Assembly: GCA_918797485.1 (NCBI GenBank)
Contig: CAKKNE010000004.1
Location: 4,030,001 to 4,094,000 of the forward strand
From: Pelagomonas calceolata
Taxonomy: Eukaryota
DNA: 64,000 nt
Direction: 5' to 3'
The stretch's first letter is position 1, and each line of letters begins with the position of its first letter. The translations under genes were made by a program, and so were the position numbers. The notes below the pieces were generated by a model that was given only the letters and a program-made list of their open reading frames with translations, had not been told where the DNA came from and did no database searches. Of this stretch, positions 53,656 to 63,674 are shown in pieces.

Positions 53656-55197
53656 CTACAAATTACTAGTGGAAAGGCTATCCTGGGAGTCGCTCCGTCG
53701 CCGCAGCTCCTTGTCCAGCTGCTTGTGCGCCTGGCCGAAGGCCCGATCTAATCGCCCCACGAAGTCCGCGAGCTCTCGACCAGAAGCACCGAGGGCGCAG
53801 GCCGCCGTGAAGTAGGGTTCTGGGTAATCGTCGCACGACGCGCCCCACCCAACAAAGGAATAGCCGGCGATGTCCTTCGCGTCCGTTTCCCGGGCGACGA
53901 CGCGTGTCCCGGAAACGCACCGCGTAAACAGCATCGAGCCGAACTTCGTGCACCGGTCCCGCACGGCATTATCATCGTCCTTCACGCGTCTAGCTTTCGC
54001 CGCCAACGCCGACAGCGTCACACCGAACGAGATGCGGTTGTGCGGCGTGTCCAGAAGACGCTCGCCGTGCTTCCGCGCGACGTCTTCTAGTGACGAACGG
54101 AAGCCCTCCAATTGCGCTTCCCGCTCATCCAGTAAAGATCGCCAGCCGTTGCGCCCTAGACCAAGTAAAGTTGCTAATAAATCAACACAGGGCGTCGCCG
54201 ACGCGCGGCCGGGGTAGGCCCTCCCAATCGTATCGATTATATCAGCATCGTTCCCGGCGACGACGGCGCCGCCGACGGGCACCAGAAAATTTTTATCGGT
54301 GGAGGCCACGACGACGTCCACCCTTCCGACGCGCGATGCTCGCGCGATTTGGGCACAAGTCTTCGAGCACTGCACGCCATAGGCGTTGTTCACGACATGT
54401 CTCACATTGTGCTTCAGGCAGAGGCGCGCCACGCCGACGACGTCGTCCGGCGCGCGCGGCGCGAAGCACGAGGTCGTCGTCACGATGCAAAAAACATCTT
54501 CATTATTTTGCAGCCTCCGCTCAAGTGCTTCGAGGTTCGTGCGCAGCTCATCAGAAGATGGAGGTGGTTGAGTTTTTCGGTTGTGGATCGGGGCCGACCC
54601 ATCGGTACGGGGTGCGACGACCTCCGCCTCCAGACCGGCTAACAGTATACCTTTAAAGCACGACTTCTGGTCGACGCGGCACCAGAGCGCTTTCGACTTC
54701 TTGGCTCGTTCCGTCGGCGGGAGCTGGTTCCGCAGCGCGAGGAGGCATAACGATAGCGATAGGCCCGTCGCGCAGGGCAAGACGACAGCTCTCCGAAACT
54801 CGACCAGGCCCGCCTCTTTCAGCGCGTCCAGCGCTAATGCATTTGCGAGTTTAGCTAGTAACGAGCTACCGGCCGCCTTGGGCTGCACCGCCGCCACGTC
54901 GCCGGAGCGACCGACGCCGTGCGCCAGCCCGAAGTGCCTCCTCCTTACAACACCGCTGAGGACGCGCGCCTCCCGCTCGCCGACGCCGACGTTCTCCTCG
55001 AAGTTGTTCGAGTCCATCGCGGCGCAGTCCCGCAGCAGCTTCTCGACCGCGTCGTCGGACCAGCCTTTCGTGGGGAGGCGGCGCTGGTCGACGAGCTCCT
55101 GGACGGGCCGGCGGTTCGTCTTTTCCACTTGTCTTGCTTGGTCGACGACGTGCGCGTCGACGAGCTTCGCGGCGCTGTCGTAGAAGGCGGCGTCCAT
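53656..55197 (-). CDS. SEPSECS: O-phosphoseryl-tRNA(Sec) selenium transferase
   Basis: MDSNNF, GEREARV, HGVGRSGD...QPKAAGSS, SCFAPR, NNAYG, STDKNFLVPVGG and YPGRAS motifs. Confidence 0.95.
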   Translation of the reverse strand: MDAAFYDSAAKLVDAHVVDQARQVEKTNRRPVQELVDQRRLPTKGWSDDAVEKLLRDCAAMDSNNFEENVGVGEREARVLSGVVRRRHFGLAHGVGRSGDVAAVQPKAAGSSLLAKLANALALDALKEAGLVEFRRAVVLPCATGLSLSLCLLALRNQLPPTERAKKSKALWCRVDQKSCFKGILLAGLEAEVVAPRTDGSAPIHNRKTQPPPSSDELRTNLEALERRLQNNEDVFCIVTTTSCFAPRAPDDVVGVARLCLKHNVRHVVNNAYGVQCSKTCAQIARASRVGRVDVVVASTDKNFLVPVGGAVVAGNDADIIDTIGRAYPGRASATPCVDLLATLLGLGRNGWRSLLDEREAQLEGFRSSLEDVARKHGERLLDTPHNRISFGVTLSALAAKARRVKDDDNAVRDRCTKFGSMLFTRCVSGTRVVARETDAKDIAGYSFVGWGASCDDYPEPYFTAACALGASGRELADFVGRLDRAFGQAHKQLDKELRRRSDSQDSLSTSNL

Positions 55198-55666
55198 CGT
55201 TTTTTTGTGTCTTTCAGAGAGGCCGCTCTCTTGGTCGGCGCAGATCTCGGCGCAGAGGTGCAGAGGCGGGTCTTTCTGACCTCGAATGCCTCGAGGGTGT
55301 CCGGGATGAGTCACACACGACGCCTGACTAGCAGCGGTGCAATATTACGCTGGTAAATCCCCGATGATGCGCGGACGCGTCGATGCGGTCTAGTATGTCA
55401 TTACTACACTAGATCGAAAAAATAAACCGGCTGCGCGCGGCCTTCGCGCGAAGCCGTGCGACGTCACCTGTCGAGGTCGTTGCCGCAGAGCACTCCCACC
55501 ACTGCGACCAGGCCCGCCGGCTTCAGCTCCAGGCGCCAAGACATAAAGTGGTCACCCCTCTTTGCCATCGAGTTTGGGCTGCGCACGACGCACCGGCGCA
55601 GCGCGAAATCGGCGCAGCAAACAGTGCGGCCACCGGACCCCGCCGCCGCGACACCCTGCAAAAAAA

Positions 55667-56038
55667 ATGAGCGACTTCGAGGCCGACTTCGACGGCGCCG
55701 CGCTCGCCGAGGCCTGGCGCGCGCACCGGCGCGAGGGCCTGCGGCATTTGGTCGTGACGGGCCGCGACGGCGCGACGCTCGGCACCTATGCGGGCGACGG
55801 CGCCGGCGACGCGGCGCCGCCGGCTCAATTGATAGCGGCCATCGTCTCGCAGGCCCAAAAGATGCGCCTCGGCAACCTGGAGTCGCTCGTGGCGTTATAT
55901 GATAGGTTGTGCCTGGTGGTCCTCGACGCGCCGCCCTTCGCGGCGACGGTCGTCGCGGCGCCGGGCGCGGACGTGGACGCGATCCTGGCGCTGCGGCCGG
56001 CGCTTGCGGCGGCGATGCGGAGGACGAGCCTAAATTAG
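55667..56038 (+). CDS. Roadblock/LAMTOR3 (MP1)-like protein
   Basis: EGLRHLVVTGRDG...QAQKMRLG...ALYD...PFAATVVA pattern; 123 aa. Confidence 0.65.
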   Translation: MSDFEADFDGAALAEAWRAHRREGLRHLVVTGRDGATLGTYAGDGAGDAAPPAQLIAAIVSQAQKMRLGNLESLVALYDRLCLVVLDAPPFAATVVAAPGADVDAILALRPALAAAMRRTSLN

Positions 56039-56685
56039 AATTTCTCACTACTCACGATGATGAATTTCGGGCCGCCCTGCTTGCCCCCCTCGAGCGCGCG
56101 CACGGACGTCGTCTGGTACGCCGGGTAGCCCGTCTTCGCCGACGGCTTGCCGCCCACGGCCTTGGCCCACGACTTGTCCACATCTCCCTTTTTGAGGAAG
56201 AGGTAGACCTCGCCGGAGGGCGCGGCGAGGCGCGGGTCGAAGAACAAGGGCAGGTCGTCGGGGTCGGCCTGCGCGCCGGCGATGGCCGACGCGTCGTCGC
56301 GCTCGCCTTTCCTGGCGGAAAGGGTGAACTCTCCCCCCAGTTCCGAAGCGGGCTGCTTCTTGAGGTCGAGCGCCTCGGAGAGCGGCAAGCTCATCACGAC
56401 GGCGTCGCCGGCGCCTTTCAACGACTTGAGCTTGGCTTCCGCGTCTCGTCGCTCCGCGAAGAACGACGCGCGCGTCCCGTCGGCGTCGGTGAACAGGGGC
56501 GTGCTGCCGTCCGCGGTCGTGATGACGAAGAGTGGCACGCGATCGGCGGACGGCAACGCGGCGACGGCTCGTGCTGGCACTAGCAGCGCGCCGGCGGTCA
56601 AGGCGCCGATGTCGCGGCGCGTCGACTGGCGCAGTGCTGTGACCGATGCGAGTAGTGTGAGCGTCCAGCGGCACGAATAAGCCAT
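56035..56685 (-). CDS. Tic22-like plastid import protein
   Basis: Presequence; VPLFVITTADG.PL, FF..RRDA, PLSEA, DLPLF and YLFLKKGDV motifs. Confidence 0.7.
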   Translation of the reverse strand: MAYSCRWTLTLLASVTALRQSTRRDIGALTAGALLVPARAVAALPSADRVPLFVITTADGSTPLFTDADGTRASFFAERRDAEAKLKSLKGAGDAVVMSLPLSEALDLKKQPASELGGEFTLSARKGERDDASAIAGAQADPDDLPLFFDPRLAAPSGEVYLFLKKGDVDKSWAKAVGGKPSAKTGYPAYQTTSVRALEGGKQGGPKFIIVSSEKF

Positions 56686-57200
56686 GTCTAATCGTGTGCC
56701 ACTGCAGTGCAAAGCTCCAGAGTGGGGTACAGCTGCTCACTGCTTGTCGCGCGAGCTTGCGACTAAAATAGAGATATTTCTCGCAGCGTCGCGTTAATTT
56801 TTGCCCCGTTATGCTGGCTTTTGGCACCGCTGGAGCCTGCCCTAATTGCTCTGTGCTGCCATTGCTCAGACAGCCGGTTTTGCAGTCGCAAGGATGCGTC
56901 CGCGCGCCTCGCCTCGATACATCTGGGGACGTTCCGAGTCCTCTATCGACGGAATGACGAGTCGCGTATACTAGGGTATAAGGTAAACATAGGCTAAAGC
57001 AGCCAACAGCCTCGGCGCGGACGGCGGTAAATCGTCTCCAACTCCGCCGCTGTGCACGCAGCGATCCTTCGCTATTGAGAGAGCTGCCAGCGCTTACGCT
57101 ACCAGGCGGTCGTCGATCGAGCCGCAGCGTAGAGCGCGGGACGGGACAAAAACAGCTGTAGCGCCGGAGCGAAGCTAGCTAGCGCCGCGGAGCAGCCACC

Positions 57201-57803
57201 ATGTTCCGCAACACCTTCCAGAGCGGCTTTTTGTCCGTGCTCTACTCCATCGGGAGCAAGCCGCTCCAGATCTGGGACAAGAAGGTGCGAAATGGCCACA
57301 TCAAGCGCATCACCGACCAGGACATTCAGTCGTCCGTGCTCGAGATCATGGGCACGAACGTGTCGACGAACTACATCACGTGTCCGGCCGACGCGAAGAA
57401 GACGCTGGGCATCAAATTACCTTTTCTGGTGATGATCATCAAGAACCTGAAGAAGTACTTCACCTTCGAGGTCCAGGTTTTGGACGATAAGAATGTCAGG
57501 CGCCGCTTCCGCGCGTCGAACTACCAGTCGACGACGCGCGTCAAGCCGTTTATTTGCACCATGCCCATGCGCCTCGACGAGGGCTGGAACCAGATCCAGT
57601 TCAACTTGTCGGACTTCACGAGAAGGGCCTACGGCACGAACTACATCGAGACGCTGCGCGTGCAGATCCACGCGAACTGTAGGATCCGCCGCATCTACTT
57701 CTCGGACCGCCTCTACTCCGAAGAGGAGCTCCCGCCGGAGTTCAAGCTCTTCCTGCCGATCCAGAAGGACGCGGCCGGCGCGGCGCCGCCCGCCGGGCCC
57801 TGA
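57201..57803 (+). CDS. CFAP20: Cilia- and flagella-associated protein 20 (BUG22)
   Basis: [27 protein letters not shown]...[11 protein letters not shown], a near-invariant family sequence. Confidence 0.98.
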   Translation: MFRNTFQSGFLSVLYSIGSKPLQIWDKKVRNGHIKRITDQDIQSSVLEIMGTNVSTNYITCPADAKKTLGIKLPFLVMIIKNLKKYFTFEVQVLDDKNVRRRFRASNYQSTTRVKPFICTMPMRLDEGWNQIQFNLSDFTRRAYGTNYIETLRVQIHANCRIRRIYFSDRLYSEEELPPEFKLFLPIQKDAAGAAPPAGP

Positions 57804-58073
57804 AAGGGGCCTCGTGATGCAGCGCGCACGGAGCCCGCTCCGTGAAGGTCGACGACCGCCGCGCGCGTGGTCCCAACCCCCGCCATGCGCGCGATGCGCT
57901 GCCGCGGCGCCCAAAATCGCGCCGCCCCGTTTTTTCCCCCGACCGCGCTTCGGCGCACCGTGCCGCCCCAGCAAGGCGGGGCGCGCGTGTTTCTAACGAC
58001 AGTTTTACCGTACTACTGGTTCGCTTGCGCGTCGTCGCGTCGATAGCGTACACATATCACGTTACAACACTAG

Positions 58074-59042
58074 CTACGGCCACGCGAACGTCGCCGCCGC
58101 GGCCGGGCCCGTCTCCTTGGCGCACGCGTCCAGGAGCGGCCGCAGGGCGAGGCAACTCGCGCCGTAGCCCTCCCGGCGCCGGAACGGGTTCCGCGCCGTC
58201 CGCTTCGAGGCGAGCTCGCCCTCGCAGCCGTAGGGGTCGCGCTCGAACGCCTCGGCGGCCTTCGCCTCGCCCCGGGCCGCCGCCTGGGCGTCGAAGCGGC
58301 CGCCGGGCGCGACGCCGACAAACTCGAGCGGGAGATGGAGCGCGGGCCCCAGCAGCTCGACGAAGCGCCTCCTCTTGAAGTCGTAGGACACGACCGTCAC
58401 GCGCTTGGGATACCGTCCGACCACTTCCTGGAAGCGGCACGCCGCGAACAGCACGTTCTCGAGCGAGTCCCGCGCGAACTCCTCCGTCGTCGCGCGCGCG
58501 CCGGCGCCCGTGCCCCACCAGTCGAAGTGCTCCGCGACGTGCCAGTAGCTCTGGCCTTCGCTGCGCGGCCCCGCGTCGCGCCGCGTCTGCCCACCACTAA
58601 AAACTAGTACTGACTTCGGGTCCCGCGCCGTGATGCGCACGCCCTCCTCGATGTGTTGCACCAGAGCAGATGGCACGTCGGCGCGGCGCTGGTAGTCCAG
58701 CAGGTACCAGCTGCTGTCCAACGCGTCGACGCCGTCCAAGCTTTCGGCCATGGTCACCGCGTGACCCGCTACTACCACGAGGTGATCGGCATCTTTTCTC
58801 GGCGCTAGTGCGGCGGAACGTCGTTGCGGGAGCGTCTGCTTGTAGCGCTTCGAGTTTCTAATCGGGGCGACCTCGGCCTCTTCGCTCAAAGGCGTGACGA
58901 GGCCTTTGAGGGCCAGCGCTCCGATGCATGCGCGCACGAGCCAGCCGAGCGCGCGCCGCGACGGCGACGCGCGGCGCCGGGTCGGCGATGCGGGTTCGCC
59001 GAAGTGGAGTGGGAGGTCGTGGGAGGCGCGGCGCTGGACCAT
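58074..59042 (-). CDS. DUF218-like (Rossmann-fold) membrane-anchored protein
   Basis: LVVVAGH, LVFSGGQTR...SEGQSY, EEFARDSLENVLF and VTVVSYDFKRRRF motifs. Confidence 0.75.
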   Translation of the reverse strand: MVQRRASHDLPLHFGEPASPTRRRASPSRRALGWLVRACIGALALKGLVTPLSEEAEVAPIRNSKRYKQTLPQRRSAALAPRKDADHLVVVAGHAVTMAESLDGVDALDSSWYLLDYQRRADVPSALVQHIEEGVRITARDPKSVLVFSGGQTRRDAGPRSEGQSYWHVAEHFDWWGTGAGARATTEEFARDSLENVLFAACRFQEVVGRYPKRVTVVSYDFKRRRFVELLGPALHLPLEFVGVAPGGRFDAQAAARGEAKAAEAFERDPYGCEGELASKRTARNPFRRREGYGASCLALRPLLDACAKETGPAAAATFAWP

Positions 59043-59512
59043 GGCTCGGCGCACGGCTGCCAGGGTTGCGATACGGCTGCCAGCGTTGCGCACGGCTGGC
59101 AGCGCTTGTCAGTATCGCTGCGGGGAGGTGCTGGCGCGGCTGCGTCGGTCCTGCAATCGATGCCTACGCCTTTTTTTTGGCCCTTGGTGCTAGAGTTTGA
59201 GAGTCACTAGAGTTCGGTCTTCACAGCGCGCGCGGCCTGGGTCGTCGCGCCCGCTAGGGACGCAGGTAATTTTCACGTTACGCGCCCACGTCCAGTATTT
59301 GGACAGTCGCACCGTCACCGCTTGGCATTCCATAATTCCATTTATATTAAAATTCAGACTGTATGGCTCTTTACGGGCCACTACTGGACCGCTACGGGCG
59401 CGACAAAGGACAGTACAAACATAAGGAGTATCACGTGACTCCAGAAGGCGGCCTGCTCACAGGCCCCCAATTGGTCCTCGCCTTGGCGGAGCGCCGACGC
59501 ACTCACGCCACC

Positions 59513-59578
59513 GCGAGCGGCACCCATGACGAGCGGCGACGGACGTCCTTGACGCGTCGTCGCTCCGACCCGCCCCGC
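59513..59578 (+). other. Orphan type II SECIS-like hairpin
   Basis: ATGAC 59526-30, 11-bp stem GAGCGGCGACG/CGTCGTCGCTC, GA bulge with CGTC-CTT-GACG ministem, CGAC 59566-69; no host selenoprotein ORF identified. Confidence 0.5.
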
Positions 59579-59657
59579 ACCTATCCCTCTCTAAGCATGA
59601 GGGTGCTATCAGTGTTTTTTTCAGGCTCAGGCTCTCGGGCTATTATTTACATCGCAC

Positions 59658-59691
59658 ATATATATATGTATATAAGTATACATATATATAT
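59658..59691. repeat. AT-rich perfect inverted repeat / (TA)n tract
   Basis: ATATATATATGTATA-taag-TATACATATATATAT. Confidence 0.8.
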
Positions 59692-59821
59692 AAGTTTGCC
59701 CTGTAAAACAAATCAGGTTTCCAGGGGGGTGCGACCCTCGCTTAATGCGCCTATACGAGATCCAAGCCGTACATGCTGTGACATAGAGTTTAATCTCTGC
59801 ATTTAACAAAATCAGTCAAAA

Positions 59822-60979
59822 ATGTCTTGCCAGGGCACTCCTGAGTGCTACAGGGGCGATCATGCTTTGCCTAGGATACGCGACCGACCCGCGTGCGACC
59901 CCGGCGCCGTCCGCAAGCTCGAGCAGCAACATCGCGACGGCGAGCTCGCCGCGGCCGATTACACGCAAGCCCGCCGCGTGGCCCTCGGCCTCCCGCAAGT
60001 CGGGCCGACGGGAAGCCTAAAGCCACGCGCTTTGTACGGGCCCGCGGTGTGGCCCGAAGGCGTCACAAAAAAAGACACCGGCAGTATACTATTGACGGGC
60101 GCGGAGCTGATCATCGCCACCGAGCTACGGGTCAAGTGCCACTCGTACGAGGTTGGCGAAAGGTACCCCATCGAGCCTTGGCTCAAGAATAATGGCATCG
60201 ATTACACGGTCGCCGAGAAGATCCAGGGTGCCATTGGCATGCATCCTAGTCACATTGAGTCGTGGCTGAGGTGGGACTCAGGGCGGGCCCCAATCGCGCC
60301 AGACTGGAAATCGCGCCCCAGAGTTTTAAAAGCCGACATCACCGAAGATGTCCGCTTCGCGTTTTACCGCGCGATGGACGAGGCGCGCCTGGCCATCGAC
60401 GCGGGACGAGCCCCGGCTGGAGCGCTGCAGCACGCGCGATGGTGGCGGGGTGCTTTACATAACGGAGAGTCGTCGTTATACATCGAAGGCCGCGCGCCCT
60501 CGGAGCAGTTCCCGGGCCTGCCCGACGACGTCCTGCGCTGCGTCGGCGAGTTTCTCGCGCCGACGAGCCCGGTCGATTGCATCCGGGCCATCGAAGACGT
60601 CATCGAGGACTCGCAGGAGCACTGCGACGAGAACCCCCATTATGATGACATCGACGAGTTGCGCCGCCTGGAGAGCGAGGAACTAGGTGAAGTGCTCGAG
60701 GCGGTGAGTTACTACCTCAATGGACGTCACACCAACTCAGGGTTGACCGGTCGCAACGATTTGTGGGGCTTCTCGGGCATCAAGGGCGAGGAGAGTCGCG
60801 TCGAAACCGCGAAGACGCTAAAGCTAGTCTCCAAGTGCTTTCGACTCGCGTTGAAGAAGAATGTGATTCGCCTCAACGCCCGTCTCAAGGGGTACAAAAA
60901 TCACGAGGCCATGCTGGCGGGGAAATACGCGCTTGCTGAGCGCGTTTGGAAGGAAGATCCGTACCATCATGACTACTAG
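59822..60979 (+). CDS. Hypothetical protein; GLPDDVLRCVGEFL segment resembles an F-box
   Basis: 385 aa ATG-initiated ORF. Confidence 0.6.
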   Translation: MSCQGTPECYRGDHALPRIRDRPACDPGAVRKLEQQHRDGELAAADYTQARRVALGLPQVGPTGSLKPRALYGPAVWPEGVTKKDTGSILLTGAELIIATELRVKCHSYEVGERYPIEPWLKNNGIDYTVAEKIQGAIGMHPSHIESWLRWDSGRAPIAPDWKSRPRVLKADITEDVRFAFYRAMDEARLAIDAGRAPAGALQHARWWRGALHNGESSLYIEGRAPSEQFPGLPDDVLRCVGEFLAPTSPVDCIRAIEDVIEDSQEHCDENPHYDDIDELRRLESEELGEVLEAVSYYLNGRHTNSGLTGRNDLWGFSGIKGEESRVETAKTLKLVSKCFRLALKKNVIRLNARLKGYKNHEAMLAGKYALAERVWKEDPYHHDY

Positions 60980-61019
60980 ACCACGCGCACCCCGCAAGAA
61001 ATAACGAACGATTCTTAAA

Positions 61020-62420
61020 TCACAAACCTACCCGAAACAGCACCGACCCCCCGCCCCCGGCGACCCGCTGGACCAGAACACTCGCGCCGTCGACGAGCGG
61101 CGCGCGGTTCGCCCGGGCGCGCACCTCGCGCACGTAGAGCGGTCTTCTGGTAAGACCGGCGCGGTCGAGGCAGGCCGCGTCGCACGCGACGGCCGCGTCG
61201 TCGGACGCCCAGTTCACAAACAGCAGAGCCGCGTCGCCGCCGGCGAGCGGCTTCGCCCAGACCTGCTGGCACGCGGCGACGCGCGGCCGGTACGTGTGCA
61301 GCACCTGGACGTAGCCCACGCTCCCGACGGCGAGGATAAACGCCGTCGCGGCGCCGCGCGGCCGGCCGGCGCCGCGTAATAGCAGGGCGGACGTCAACAG
61401 CACGGCCGCGAGCGCTCTTAATAACCCCGTCCAGACCTCGAAGACGTCCCGCGGCATGGACCAGGGCGAGCACCACCAGTTGTCCTTCGGGGCGTGCGGC
61501 GGGCAGGTCGAGTAGACAGGAGTGCCTTGCTTGCCGAGCGGGTCCTGGTCAATTTCAATAACTTCGGTGTCGCCATAGGTCTCGAGGTCCCAGGCATTCA
61601 TGTTCATCGGGTTCGTGCCGAGGAGTAACGGAGCGGCGAGGACGCACCAGAGGTCGAACTGCGTCCGCGACTGCGCTGGCGTGAGCGTGACCGCGCCCGT
61701 CGACGTGCCCACGAGCATGTCCGGGTCGTTGTAGCCTCGTGTCGGACCCGCGTAGTCCGATAACTGTTCCATGGTCCGCGCCGCCTCATAAATGTTCGCG
61801 AACTCGTCGCAGTCGGCCGAGATGCGCCACGAGTGGTAGCCCTCCTCGCCAGAGACAGCTGGCGCGTACCAGGACGACCAGCCACATAAAGAATAATGGA
61901 CGCCCGGCGCGTGTTGTGCCAGCGCGTCGCGCATCCGCGCGTAATCCTCCAACGCACCCTTCCTTCGGAGATTGGGGGACCAGCAACTATCATACTTCAA
62001 GTAATCGATTTGCCATGCGTGGAACTGCTTCGCATGTGTACGTTCGTGATGTCTCGACCCGGCGCGGAACGCACAGGTATAAAAACCGCGGTCCGCGTAG
62101 AGGCCAAATTTCAGACCCAACGCGTGGACCTTGTCTACGACCACTTTCAGACCGTCCGGGAATTTGAGTGAATCGGGCACGAGCTCTCCTTTTTCATTCA
62201 GCAAAGGCGCCTGCCAGCAGTCGTCGACGTTCAAAAAGGTGTAGCCCTTCTGCGAGAAGTTCGACTGCACGAGGCCTTGTGCTAAGCTTAAGATAGTCGT
62301 GGCTTCGACGCCGTCGCAGCGGACGTCGTTCCAGGTGTTGTAGCCTAATGCGGGCAACTTGCCGATTTCGTGGCGCTGCGGCGTCGCGGCGGCGAGCGCT
62401 GCGAGCAGGAACCTGTGCAT
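61020..62420 (-). CDS. Alpha-galactosidase (GH27) with hydrophobic insertion
   Basis: PALGYNTWN, NVDDCWQ, LKFGLY, DYLKYDSC, SWRISAD, NDPDML and QVWAKPL motifs. Confidence 0.93.
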   Translation of the reverse strand: MHRFLLAALAAATPQRHEIGKLPALGYNTWNDVRCDGVEATTILSLAQGLVQSNFSQKGYTFLNVDDCWQAPLLNEKGELVPDSLKFPDGLKVVVDKVHALGLKFGLYADRGFYTCAFRAGSRHHERTHAKQFHAWQIDYLKYDSCWSPNLRRKGALEDYARMRDALAQHAPGVHYSLCGWSSWYAPAVSGEEGYHSWRISADCDEFANIYEAARTMEQLSDYAGPTRGYNDPDMLVGTSTGAVTLTPAQSRTQFDLWCVLAAPLLLGTNPMNMNAWDLETYGDTEVIEIDQDPLGKQGTPVYSTCPPHAPKDNWWCSPWSMPRDVFEVWTGLLRALAAVLLTSALLLRGAGRPRGAATAFILAVGSVGYVQVLHTYRPRVAACQQVWAKPLAGGDAALLFVNWASDDAAVACDAACLDRAGLTRRPLYVREVRARANRAPLVDGASVLVQRVAGGGGSVLFRVGL

Positions 62421-62772
62421 GCTGCCCAGTGCAAAGCTGTGGCTGCAGTGAGAGAGCTGTCTTGCTCAAGCGTTGCGACTGCGTGCACAAGCGCTGCGGG
62501 GCGCTGGAGTACAGTTCAAACGACGCAAAACGGTGGGCTGGCACCGCCGTCGCTGTGCGCTCTGGAAGCAAAAAGAGCAAGGCAAGAGAGCTAGCGGCAT
62601 GTAAGACACTAGCAAAGCAAGCAACGCGTTCATGCGCGCGCGCCCGCCTTGTTAGACACAAGAAGTCTGATTTGGGTCTTTCGCATTTGGGTCGTGACAA
62701 ACGTGAAGAGTTTAGATAACATTGTACATATTGTACATTGAATTGCGCGGATCTCAGGGCGGTCCTGGGCAG

Positions 62773-63669
62773 ATGGTCAATGTGCCGCACAATGTGGCCA
62801 TTGCCGCAATGCGCTTGGAGCCACTGGTTCCCGAGACGCATGGCCTTCCCGCGGTAAAAGCATGGGTGGAGTCTGGCGGCGACGTGAACGGCATTTTTGA
62901 TCCGGACGCGCACACCGGGGGTCGAGAGGGTTGTCACCCGAGCCTCAGGCATTTAGAGCCTGGCGGAGAGCCGCTCCTTTCGCTCGCGATTGGCGGTGTT
63001 GGGCTCGAAGGTAAGGCAATTGTTAGTCGTGTACGCGTTTTTCGGGACCGTCGCCGTCTCGAGCACCGCCTCGAGCTCATTCGGTATTTGTTAGCGCGCG
63101 GGGCAGACCCAAACTTTGGCAAACCTATGTACCTGGTTGCTGGATCATGGTGTGAAGAATTCAGGCTCATCGCAGGGGAACTATTAATAGACGCTGGTGC
63201 CAATCTCGAAGCTGCAGCTGAACATGGATACACGCCACTCGCTAGAGCTCTGGATCTTTATCCTTACAATAACATGGAGTTTATCAGACTACTACTCCGC
63301 CGCGGCGCATCTTTGGACTTCCCCGAGTGCAGTGAAGTACTTTCGGGCGTCACTAGAAATAGAGCAGAGGCTTTCATGCAGTCGCAACTAAGATGGTTCG
63401 CATTCAGTGACGGTGAGGAGGACATTAACAGGGTCGAGGAAAGGCTACGCCTCGTCACCGCCGTCCGGGCCGCGGGCTCGTGGAAGAGCTACTGCAGGAC
63501 CCCCCACAAATCCCTCGTTGTTTTCCGCTCGCTCCTCGCGCGCGGTCGGGCCCGGCGCCGACCGCTCTGGGACCAGCCGACGCCGCACGCGCTCGTGCGC
63601 CTCTTCGACCCGTCGCTGCCGAACGGCGTCTTCTGGCACGTCCTCTCCTACTGGCGCGAGACCGGCTAA
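62773..63669 (+). CDS. Ankyrin-repeat protein
   Basis: GGDVN, LLARGADPN, LIDAGANLE...GYTPL, LLLRRGASLD; C-terminal LPNGVFWHVLSYW. Confidence 0.8.
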   Translation: MVNVPHNVAIAAMRLEPLVPETHGLPAVKAWVESGGDVNGIFDPDAHTGGREGCHPSLRHLEPGGEPLLSLAIGGVGLEGKAIVSRVRVFRDRRRLEHRLELIRYLLARGADPNFGKPMYLVAGSWCEEFRLIAGELLIDAGANLEAAAEHGYTPLARALDLYPYNNMEFIRLLLRRGASLDFPECSEVLSGVTRNRAEAFMQSQLRWFAFSDGEEDINRVEERLRLVTAVRAAGSWKSYCRTPHKSLVVFRSLLARGRARRRPLWDQPTPHALVRLFDPSLPNGVFWHVLSYWRETG

Positions 63670-63674
63670 GAATC

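Noticed and set aside
788..55197. SelU and SEPSECS as a selenium gene cluster
   Set aside because: More than 50 kb and dozens of unrelated genes apart; co-occurrence can be chance in a selenoprotein-rich genome
59363..59806. 147-aa ORF running through the orphan hairpin and the TA tract
   Set aside because: Translates a microsatellite and has non-coding-like composition
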